This document shows, piece by piece, positions 55,673 to 64,000 of a stretch of DNA of 64,000 nt (its first letter is position 1; each line of letters starts with the position of its first letter). The translations under genes and the position numbers were made by a program. The notes beneath the pieces are model-generated. The model made no database searches. It was not told the origin of the DNA and was given only the letters and a program-made list of their open reading frames with translations. The stretch is from assembly GCF_054482595.1 (NCBI RefSeq), contig NZ_CM137008.1. One strand, 5' to 3'.

Positions 55673-56812
55673 ATGAAAAAGAACATTTTTAAGTTTTCGG
55701 TACTGACATTGGCTGTTCTGTCTTTGACAGCATGTACCCTTGTTCCTGGTCAGAATTTATCGACCAGTAACAAGGATGTCATTGAACTACCTGACAATCA
55801 GTATGACCTGGACAAAATGGTCAATATCTATCCCGTCACGCCAGGATTGATTGATCAGTTGCGCGCCAAACCGATTATGTCGCAGGCTAACCCGGAGCTG
55901 GAGCAGCAAATCGCGAACTATGAATATCGTATCGGCATTGGTGATGTGTTGATGGTTACGGTCTGGGATCACCCGGAACTAACCACCCCCGCAGGGCAAT
56001 ACCGTAGCGCCAGTGATACCGGCAACTGGGTTAACGCCGATGGTGCGATTTTCTACCCCTATATTGGTCGCCTGAAAGTGGCCGGGAAAACACTTACCCA
56101 GGTACGCAACGAGATTACAGCGCGTCTGGATTCAGTCATTGAAAGCCCGCAGGTCGATGTCAGCGTCGCGGCGTTCCGATCGCAAAAAGCGTACGTCACC
56201 GGCGAAGTCAGCAAATCGGGTCAGCAGCCGATTACCAATATTCCTCTGACCATCATGGATGCGATTAACGCCGCAGGCGGTCTGACCGCAGATGCAGACT
56301 GGCGCAATGTGGTGCTCACCCAGAATGGCGTAAAGACCAAAGTGAACCTCTATGCGCTGATGCAGCGTGGCGACTTGCGCCAGAACAAACTGCTGCACCC
56401 GGGAGATATTTTATTTATTCCGCGCAACGATGATCTGAAAGTCTTCGTGATGGGTGAAGTGGGTAAACAGAGCACGCTGAAAATGGACCGCAGCGGTATG
56501 ACCCTGGCGGAAGCGCTGGGTAACGCTGAGGGTATGAATCAGGATGTCGCTGATGCGACGGGGATTTTTGTTATTCGTGCAACGCAAAACAAGCAGAATG
56601 GCAAAATCGCCAATATTTATCAGCTGAATGCGAAGGACGCATCGGCAATGATACTCGGAACGGAATTCCAGCTTGAACCTTACGACATTGTTTATGTCAC
56701 TACCGCGCCTCTGGCTCGTTGGAACCGTGTGATTTCTCTGCTGGTACCGACGATTTCCGGGGTGCATGACCTGACAGAGACTTCACGGTGGATTCAAACA
56801 TGGCCCAACTAA
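55673..56812 (+). CDS. gfcE: Polysaccharide export lipoprotein GfcE (Wza homologue)
   Basis: [21 protein letters not shown] lipobox; 379 aa. Confidence 0.9.
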
Positions 56813-57246
56813 AATTTAACTCAATCCTGGTGGTTTGTACCGGCAACATTTGCCGTTCGCCCATTGGCGAGCGCTTGCTGCGTAAACGTCTGCCGGGCGT
56901 AAAAGTCAAATCGGCAGGTGTTCATGGTCTGGTAAAACACCCTGCAGATGCGACAGCGGCAGATGTTGCCGCTAATCATGGCGTATCTCTTGAAGGACAT
57001 GCCGGACGTAAGCTCACTGCTGAGATGGCACGAAATTACGATCTGATTCTGGCAATGGAGTCGGAACATATTGCTCAGGTTACCGCAATCGCTCCCGAGG
57101 TCCGCGGGAAGACAATGCTGTTTGGGCAATGGCTGGAACAGAAAGAGATCCCGGATCCCTATCGTAAAAGTCAGGACGCATTTGAACATGTCTACGGTAT
57201 GTTGGAGCGCGCCAGTCAGGAATGGGCGAAGCGCCTCAGCCGGTAA
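56800..57246 (+). CDS. etp: Low-molecular-weight protein-tyrosine phosphatase Etp
   Basis: CTGNICRSP active-site P-loop motif. Confidence 0.9.
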
Positions 57247-57265
57247 TTTGAGTTTATAAAATACG

Positions 57266-59446
57266 ATGACAACTAAAAATATGAATACGCCACCAGGCAG
57301 CACTCAGGAAAATGAGATCGATCTGCTTCGTCTGGTCGGCGAGTTATGGGATCACCGTAAGTTTATTATCAGCGTGACCGCGTTATTCACGCTGATCGCT
57401 GTCGCTTACTCGCTGTTAAGCACACCAATTTATCAGGCAGATACTCTGGTCCAGGTTGAGCAAAAACAGGGCAACGCCATTCTCAGCGGCCTGAGTGATA
57501 TGATCCCTAACTCATCGCCCGAGTCTGCACCGGAGATCCAACTGCTGCAATCGCGCATGATTCTCGGTAAAACCATTGCTGAACTGAATCTGCGCGACAT
57601 GGTTGAGCAGAAGTATTTTCCGATTGTGGGTCGCGGCTGGGCGAGATTAACCAAAGAGAAACCAGGTGAGCTGGCGATCAGCTGGATGCATATTCCACAA
57701 CTGAATGGTCAGGATCAGCAACTGACACTCACGGTTGGGGAAAACGGCCACTATACGCTGGAAGGTGAAGAGTTCACCGTCAATGGTATGGTCGGCCAGC
57801 GTCTGGAAAAAGATGGCGTTGCGCTGACTATAGCGGATATTAAGGCCAAACCAGGAACACAGTTTGTCCTGAGCCAACGTACCGAACTGGAAGCGATTAA
57901 CGCGTTGCAGGAAACCTTTACCGTTAGCGAACGCAGTAAAGAAAGCGGGATGCTGGAACTTACCATGACCGGTGATGATCCCCAGTTGATTACCCGTATT
58001 CTGAACAGCATCGCTAACAACTATTTGCAACAGAATATCGCTCGCCAGGCGGCGCAGGATTCACAAAGCCTTGAATTCTTACAGCGCCAGTTGCCTGAAG
58101 TGCGCAGCGAGCTGGACCAGGCGGAAGAAAAACTCAACGTTTATCGCCAGCAGCGCGATTCGGTTGACCTTAACCTGGAAGCCAAAGCCGTTCTTGAGCA
58201 GATTGTGAACGTTGATAATCAACTCAATGAGCTGACCTTCCGCGAGGCAGAGATCTCCCAGCTGTATAAGAAAGATCACCCAACTTATCGTGCGCTGCTG
58301 GAAAAACGCCAGACGCTGGAGCAAGAACGCAAACGCCTGAATAAGCGGGTATCGGCTATGCCTTCCACCCAACAGGAAGTGTTGCGTTTAAGTCGTGACG
58401 TAGAAGCGGGCCGTGCGGTATATCTGCAATTACTTAACCGCCAGCAGGAGTTGAGTATTTCGAAATCCAGTGCCATTGGTAACGTGCGGATTATCGACCC
58501 GGCAGTCACTCAGCCGCAGCCAGTGAAACCGAAAAAAGCGTTGAACGTGGTGCTTGGTTTTATTCTTGGCCTGTTTATTTCGGTGGGTGCCGTGCTGGCG
58601 CGTGCGATGTTGCGTCGTGGTGTAGAAGCACCGGAACAACTGGAAGAGCACGGCATCAGCGTTTATGCCACTATCCCAATGTCCGAGTGGCTGGATAAAC
58701 GCACCCGTCTGCGTAAGAAAAATTTATTTTCTAATCAGCAGCGCCATCGTACTAAAAATATCCCCTTCCTGGCGGTGGATAACCCGGCGGATTCTGCTGT
58801 GGAAGCCGTACGTGCGCTACGAACCAGTCTGCATTTCGCTATGATGGAGACTGAGAATAACATTCTGATGATCACCGGTGCGACGCCAGACAGTGGTAAA
58901 ACATTTGTCAGTTCAACTCTGGCAGCGGTGATCGCCCAGTCCGATCAAAAAGTGTTATTTATTGATGCCGACTTACGCCGTGGTTATTCGCATAACCTGT
59001 TTACCGTGAGTAATGAACATGGCTTGTCGGAATATCTGGCAGGTAAAGATGAGCTCAACAAAGTGATCCAGCATTTTGGCAAAGGAGGCTTTGATGTGAT
59101 TACTCGCGGTCAGGTGCCACCTAACCCGTCTGAACTGCTGATGCGCGATCGGATGCGTCAATTACTGGAATGGGCGAACGACCATTACGATCTGGTGATT
59201 GTCGATACGCCGCCGATGCTGGCGGTGAGCGATGCTGCGGTCGTGGGGCGCTCTGTCGGCACCAGCCTGCTGGTTGCACGTTTTGGCCTGAACACCGCCA
59301 AAGAGGTGAGTTTGTCAATGCAGCGTCTGGAACAGGCAGGCGTCAATATTAAAGGCGCTATCCTCAATGGTGTGATTAAACGCGCCAGCACCGCTTACAG
59401 TTACGGCTATAACTATTACGGTTATAGTTACTCCGAGAAAGAGTAA
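57266..59446 (+). CDS. etk: Tyrosine-protein kinase Etk (Wzc family)
   Basis: 726-aa ORF; Walker A GATPDSGKT and C-terminal Tyr-rich tail YSYGYNYYGYSY. Confidence 0.95.
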   Translation: MTTKNMNTPPGSTQENEIDLLRLVGELWDHRKFIISVTALFTLIAVAYSLLSTPIYQADTLVQVEQKQGNAILSGLSDMIPNSSPESAPEIQLLQSRMILGKTIAELNLRDMVEQKYFPIVGRGWARLTKEKPGELAISWMHIPQLNGQDQQLTLTVGENGHYTLEGEEFTVNGMVGQRLEKDGVALTIADIKAKPGTQFVLSQRTELEAINALQETFTVSERSKESGMLELTMTGDDPQLITRILNSIANNYLQQNIARQAAQDSQSLEFLQRQLPEVRSELDQAEEKLNVYRQQRDSVDLNLEAKAVLEQIVNVDNQLNELTFREAEISQLYKKDHPTYRALLEKRQTLEQERKRLNKRVSAMPSTQQEVLRLSRDVEAGRAVYLQLLNRQQELSISKSSAIGNVRIIDPAVTQPQPVKPKKALNVVLGFILGLFISVGAVLARAMLRRGVEAPEQLEEHGISVYATIPMSEWLDKRTRLRKKNLFSNQQRHRTKNIPFLAVDNPADSAVEAVRALRTSLHFAMMETENNILMITGATPDSGKTFVSSTLAAVIAQSDQKVLFIDADLRRGYSHNLFTVSNEHGLSEYLAGKDELNKVIQHFGKGGFDVITRGQVPPNPSELLMRDRMRQLLEWANDHYDLVIVDTPPMLAVSDAAVVGRSVGTSLLVARFGLNTAKEVSLSMQRLEQAGVNIKGAILNGVIKRASTAYSYGYNYYGYSYSEKE

Positions 59447-59458
59447 AACTGAAGGTAA

Positions 59459-59497
59459 AGTGACCGGATGCGGCGTGAACGCCTTTTCCGGTCTACG
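59459..59497. repeat. REP (repetitive extragenic palindromic) element
   Basis: gtgaccggatgcggcgtgaacgccttttccggtctacgc matches REP consensus pattern. Confidence 0.75.
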
Positions 59498-59529
59498 CAT
59501 TAGACAGTTCTTCGTTTGTCATCAGCCTC

Positions 59530-59561
59530 AGAGCATTCAGGTAGCTGAATGCTCTTTTTTA
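59530..59561 (+). terminator. Rho-independent terminator downstream of etk
   Basis: agagcattcag gtag ctgaatgctct followed by tttttt. Confidence 0.8.
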
Positions 59562-59565
59562 TACA

Positions 59566-60867
59566 TTACAAACTGCACGCCGGTATGCGTGCTTCATTCA
59601 CGATTTGCGTAAAACCGGCCAACGAACACATGCCCTGCGCATTTCGCTCTTCACATCCTGCCAGGGTCAGTTTCACCTCTCCGGGCGGCGTATTTAATGA
59701 CAGCGGCGTTTTATCACGCATCTGCTGTAAAGTCTGGAAGACCAGCGAAACCTGAATCCACTGGCTGTTATCGCTTAGCCGACGCCAGCGTTCAAACACC
59801 AGTTCACCACCTGGCGGCGTGTTATCCGGCTGACCTGGAAGCGTCCAATTGAGCTCCAGTGCGCCGCCGAGATTTGCCAGATTAGTATCGTGTCCGGCGA
59901 TAAACAGCACTGAAGTGGGTAATGTCACACTATACGCCTGTTTTTGCGGTGGATGGGGCGTCAACGCTGTCATGATCAATTCCAACAACGGGGTGGCGCG
60001 GCTGCGGGCAACCTCTGGCGTGCGTTGTAGTAAATAAAATTGCGCGTTATGCAAACTTAGCAACGTGTTCCACTGGTGTGAATCAGTGATCCTTCCCCAC
60101 CCCGGCTCCGGCATTCCCTGTGCCTGTTGCAGGAGAAATATCTCCGTCAGCATTGATGCGAGGCTTACCGCACCGGTTAATGAGACATTGTCGGCGCTCA
60201 CCTTGAGTTCCGATGGTAATGCCTGCATTAATGAACAGCTTTCGTCCTGTTTCTCACGGTTAAGGCACAAGTTTGATTGCGGAAAATTAAGCACCCGTTC
60301 CAGTTCGCGAAACGCCGTTTGCCGATGCCCGGTAAAGTCAGCAATTGACCCTCCTGCCCTGCTGAGGATCGCGTCAGTCACGTTCGCGTTATCCAGTTGG
60401 CAAACGCCAGTTTTTAGAGGATTAAATAACGGATCGGGACTGGACGTATCTGCCTGGGTATGTACGGTTATTGCACAGTCAGGTGCCAGCCCGGCGGCGA
60501 AGGCTTCGCCTGTTTTACGGGTACGCTCGTCGACATCAGCAATAATCGCGACCTGACCAGGCTGCGGGCAGCCCTTTTTCGCCAGCAATCCGTCGGCTAC
60601 CAGACGCTGGCGTTGGTAATGTCCGAGATAGGCGATTAGCTCACCACCGCGCGGTGTCAGCCAACCTAGTTTTACCGGCCAGGTTGGCCATGCGTCTGGG
60701 GTGACATCCTGCATCAGTTGCGTGGCCTTGGTTGGGGCACGCACACCATGACGACTGACAATCACCACACTTTCCAGCTTCAGCTCCGGCTCCGGCTCAC
60801 TCTGAGCGAATGCAGATTGCGGGGTTAACGGAATCAGAAGAGATAAAAATGGGATCAAGATCGCTTT
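59566..60867 (-). CDS. appA: Periplasmic acid phosphatase/phytase AppA
   Basis: MKAILIPFLSLLIPLTPQSAFA signal peptide; RHGVRAP histidine acid phosphatase motif. Confidence 0.95.
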   Translation of the reverse strand, partial: KAILIPFLSLLIPLTPQSAFAQSEPEPELKLESVVIVSRHGVRAPTKATQLMQDVTPDAWPTWPVKLGWLTPRGGELIAYLGHYQRQRLVADGLLAKKGCPQPGQVAIIADVDERTRKTGEAFAAGLAPDCAITVHTQADTSSPDPLFNPLKTGVCQLDNANVTDAILSRAGGSIADFTGHRQTAFRELERVLNFPQSNLCLNREKQDESCSLMQALPSELKVSADNVSLTGAVSLASMLTEIFLLQQAQGMPEPGWGRITDSHQWNTLLSLHNAQFYLLQRTPEVARSRATPLLELIMTALTPHPPQKQAYSVTLPTSVLFIAGHDTNLANLGGALELNWTLPGQPDNTPPGGELVFERWRRLSDNSQWIQVSLVFQTLQQMRDKTPLSLNTPPGEVKLTLAGCEERNAQGMCSLAGFTQIVNEARIPACSL

Positions 60868-60949
60868 CATCGATATGTTTCCGCTTTTCATATCCGACAT
60901 TATTGATTGCCTGATACGACGCTAATGCGCCGCATCAGACTTACGTTCG

Positions 60950-61042
60950 TTAACTTTTCAATCGCGGGTCCAGCCATACCAACACAAGGGTGGAGAGCGA
61001 ACACATCAACAAAATGCCGACGAACCAAAGTAAATACCACAT
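60950..61042 (-). CDS. appX: AppX small membrane protein (30 aa; cytochrome bd-II accessory)
   Basis: Manual translation MWYLLWFVGILLMCSLSTLVLVWLDPRLKS between appB and appA. Confidence 0.7.
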   Translation of the reverse strand: MWYLLWFVGILLMCSLSTLVLVWLDPRLKS

Positions 61043-61054
61043 TGTTCCTGCTCC

Positions 61055-62191
61055 TTAGTACAGCTCGTTTTCGTTACGGCGGAGAGTTTCTGTCGTCATG
61101 CGTCCCCACATTTTGTAGTAGCTCCAGAGAGTGTAGAGCAACACAATGGGCAAAAATATCAGCACGATTACCAACATAATGCTCAGCGTCAGCTGACTGG
61201 AAGTGCTGTCCCACAACGTCAGGCTGGAGATTGGACTCACGCTTGACGGCATGACAAAGGGGAACAGCGTGATGCCTGCCGTGAAAATCACGCCAAATTG
61301 CATCAATGACGCCATCAAAAATCCCCAACCCGGGCGACCACGATAAATCGCCATCACCGTCAGCAATGGGCAGAAGAACCCCAGCAGCGGGAAGATCCAC
61401 AAAACGGGCGACTCGACAAAATTATTCATCCAGGCACCAGGTAGCACTGCCACCAGTTTCATTAACGGATTGGAAGGACCGTTAGCATCCTGGGCGAGCA
61501 GTACAAAGCCATCAATACCGACCCACAGCCAGTAACCCGCCAGCAAAAAGCACAGCATCACCAGTAGTGCGGCGCGTTTAGTCGCCAGCTGTGAACGCAG
61601 ATGAATCACACCAACAGTTTTCAGTTGTAACCAGACGCCACCTTGCAAAATCACCATCCCAAGGCTGAGCAATCCGCACAATAAAGGGAATGGCGTCAGC
61701 AGTTGCCAGAAGGTGCCGAGATACTCCACGCGTAATTGCGGTGTGAAGGCAAACGGCACGCCGAGCAACAAGTTGCCGAAGGCGATACCGAAGACTACCG
61801 GCGGCACCAGACTGCCGATGACCAGACCGGCATCCCACATTTTACGCCAGCGTGCATCGGCGATTTTTCCGCGATAATCAAAGGCCAGCGGGCGGAAGAA
61901 CAGTGAGCACAGCACCAGGATCATCGCCACATAAAAGCCGGAAAACGCCGCTGCATACACTCTGGGCCAGGCGGCAAATAATGCCCCACCTGCGAGGATC
62001 AACCAGACCTGATTGCCTTCCCAGTGCGCACCAACGCTATTAATCACTATCCGGCGTTCATCATCATCACGCGCCACCAGCGGCAGCAAACAGCCAATCC
62101 CCATGTCAAATCCGTCGGAGATCATAAAGACCACCAGGATCACGCCAATCAGCAGCCACCAGATGAAGCGCAATGTTTCATAATCAAACAT
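61055..62191 (-). CDS. appB: Cytochrome bd-II oxidase subunit II AppB
   Basis: 378-aa polytopic membrane ORF; operon order. Confidence 0.95.
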   Translation of the reverse strand: MFDYETLRFIWWLLIGVILVVFMISDGFDMGIGCLLPLVARDDDERRIVINSVGAHWEGNQVWLILAGGALFAAWPRVYAAAFSGFYVAMILVLCSLFFRPLAFDYRGKIADARWRKMWDAGLVIGSLVPPVVFGIAFGNLLLGVPFAFTPQLRVEYLGTFWQLLTPFPLLCGLLSLGMVILQGGVWLQLKTVGVIHLRSQLATKRAALLVMLCFLLAGYWLWVGIDGFVLLAQDANGPSNPLMKLVAVLPGAWMNNFVESPVLWIFPLLGFFCPLLTVMAIYRGRPGWGFLMASLMQFGVIFTAGITLFPFVMPSSVSPISSLTLWDSTSSQLTLSIMLVIVLIFLPIVLLYTLWSYYKMWGRMTTETLRRNENELY

Positions 62192-62202
62192 GATTTTCTC
62201 CT

Positions 62203-63747
62203 TTACCCCTGTTGCTGCGTCGGTTGTTCACTCTGCATCGCGCTCGGCCCCAGACGGGCATATTTCTGCATCAGGTAGACTTCGGCGATTAAGAACAGGG
62301 TGTAAAGCCCTACGATCATGATCAGTGAGAAAGCCAGTTGTCCTGTGGTTAAAGCGGAGTGCGCGGAGTATGTCGGTAAGATGTCCTGTATCGCCCACGG
62401 CTGACGACCAAACTCGGTCATAAACCACCCGGCTTCAATCGCAATCCACGGCAACGGCAAACTCCAGAGCGCCATTTTCAGCACCCAGCGATGCTGGTCG
62501 ATTTTGCCACGCAGCGTCTGGACAAGCGCAATCAGCATCACCAGTAGCAGCAGGGAACCACAGCCCACCATGATGCGGAAACTCCAGAATACCGGCGCAA
62601 CCTGAGGTATCGCGCCACGCATCGCCGCCTGGTACTGTGCGGCTGTGACATGATTCATATCCGGCGCATAGCGGGAGAGCAACATGCCGTAACCCAGGTC
62701 GCCTTCCAGCTCCCGGAATGCCTGCAACACATGCGGCTCACGATTGCCTTGCGATATTTCCTGCATTAACAGCCAGGCCATACGTCCGCGTTGCAAGCGT
62801 GGGTAGGTTTCAGCCATCAAATTCTTCAGACCCGGCACGGGTTTATCTAGTGAGTGAGTGGCGAGGATCCCTAACAGCGCGGGAATTTTGATGGCAAAGG
62901 CGTTACGCTCTTGATCCTGTTCCGGCCAGGCAACCACATGGAACGGTGCAGGAGCAGGTTCCGTTTGCCACTCCCCTTCCATCGCCGCCAGTTTTACCGG
63001 TTGTACTTGCGCGACTTCATACGCAGAACTGTCTCCGAGTTGCAGGGTACCGATAATCGCCAGAGTACCGAAGACGGAACCGATGGCAAACGAGCGTAAT
63101 GCGACATCGCGCTCCCGTCCGCGCAGTAAATACCAGGCGCTGATCGCCATAATAAACATGGCCCCGGTCACGTAGCCCGCCATTACGGTGTGCACAAATT
63201 TCACCTGGCTGACCGGGTTAAAGACCAGCTCGCTGAAGCTGGTCATCTCCATACGCAGGGTGTCGATATCAAAATGCGCACCGGTCGGGTATTGCATCCA
63301 ACCGTTGGCATTCAATATCCACAATGCAGAGAGATTTGAACCGAACGCCACCAGCCACGTCACCAGCAGGTGCTGGTATTTATTCAGCCGCTGCCAGCCG
63401 AAGAAGAAAAGCCCGACAAAGGTGGATTCGAGGAAGAAGGCCATTAATGCTTCCATCGCCAGCGGTGCGCCAAAAATATCGCCCACATAGTTGGAATAGA
63501 ATGACCAGTTAGTACCAAACTGAAACTCCATGGTCAGGCCGGTAGCCACGCCAAGAGCAAAGTTGATACCGAAGAGCTTACCCCAGAAGCGCGTCATATC
63601 GCGGTAGATTGTTTTGCCGGTGACCACGTAAATGGTTTCCATGATAGCCAGCAAAAAAATCAGCCCCAGGGTAAGGGGTACAAATAAAAAGTGATACAGC
63701 GCGGTCAGAGCAAACTGCCAGCGCGATAAATCAATGACATCCCACAT
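62203..63747 (-). CDS. appC: Cytochrome bd-II oxidase subunit I AppC
   Basis: [29 protein letters not shown]; 514 aa. Confidence 0.95.
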   Translation of the reverse strand: MWDVIDLSRWQFALTALYHFLFVPLTLGLIFLLAIMETIYVVTGKTIYRDMTRFWGKLFGINFALGVATGLTMEFQFGTNWSFYSNYVGDIFGAPLAMEALMAFFLESTFVGLFFFGWQRLNKYQHLLVTWLVAFGSNLSALWILNANGWMQYPTGAHFDIDTLRMEMTSFSELVFNPVSQVKFVHTVMAGYVTGAMFIMAISAWYLLRGRERDVALRSFAIGSVFGTLAIIGTLQLGDSSAYEVAQVQPVKLAAMEGEWQTEPAPAPFHVVAWPEQDQERNAFAIKIPALLGILATHSLDKPVPGLKNLMAETYPRLQRGRMAWLLMQEISQGNREPHVLQAFRELEGDLGYGMLLSRYAPDMNHVTAAQYQAAMRGAIPQVAPVFWSFRIMVGCGSLLLLVMLIALVQTLRGKIDQHRWVLKMALWSLPLPWIAIEAGWFMTEFGRQPWAIQDILPTYSAHSALTTGQLAFSLIMIVGLYTLFLIAEVYLMQKYARLGPSAMQSEQPTQQQG

Positions 63748-63877
63748 GCGCACTCCTGTAGGCGAAGAGAGAAAAATAACCCGATAATGGTAGATCTCCC
63801 TCTTTATCCTGAAACTCTACGACCAGAGGTATTCGCCGATTGCGATATTCATAAGCCTGAAAGCGATACTTACCGTC

Positions 63878-64000
63878 TTTTTACGTCGGTGCAGCTTCCG
63901 CCAGCCACTGACATACCTCGCTAAGCCGCTGCGCAGAGTCGACCAAATCTTCTGGCGCTGCCAGCACCACTTCCGGTATTGGGCAGATTTCATAACTTTC
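63878..64000 (-). CDS. hyaF: HyaF, 3' end only (truncated by window edge)
   Basis: Minus-strand frame reads ...APEDLVDSAQRLSEVCQWLAEAAPT then stop; upstream of app operon as in K-12. Confidence 0.6.

Overview
The window holds about 46 kb of a lambda-type (lambdoid) prophage (1..~46074; its left end lies outside the window) followed by about 18 kb of Escherichia coli chromosome. All calls rest on reading the ORF-track translations and the raw sequence against remembered lambda and E. coli K-12 proteins; no database search was run. The prophage is inverted relative to the usual lambda map: b-region cargo, tfa, stf, lom, J through Nu1 on the minus strand, cos, lysis cassette, Q, nin region, ren, P, O (with ori iterons), cII and cro on the minus strand; cI, N, cIII, kil, gam, bet, exo, xis and int on the plus strand; the int-proximal junction abuts torS. 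Head, tail, replication, Q/pR' and Red recombination genes look near-identical to lambda, while the immunity region, holin/endolysin, part of the nin region and several accessory slots are mosaic replacements. Host flank: torS, yccM, gnsA, ymcE, cspG, cspH, gfcABCDE-etp-etk, appA, appX-appB-appC and the 3' end of hyaF. The strongest candidates for an undescribed system are (1) a translationally coupled two-gene operon in the rexAB slot just downstream of cI (35939..36957) and (2) an AT-rich 419-aa orphan gene in the b-region next to the tail fibre genes, bracketed by two related hairpins (618..1877). Secondary candidates are the cos-proximal cargo pair (25533..26233) and unassigned genes between exo and xis (42047..44019). 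One unresolved point: my reading of the printed bases at 30600..30603 disagrees by one base with the ORF-track start of the 29880..30602 gene, so coordinates I derived myself (not taken from the ORF track) carry roughly +/-1-3 nt uncertainty.
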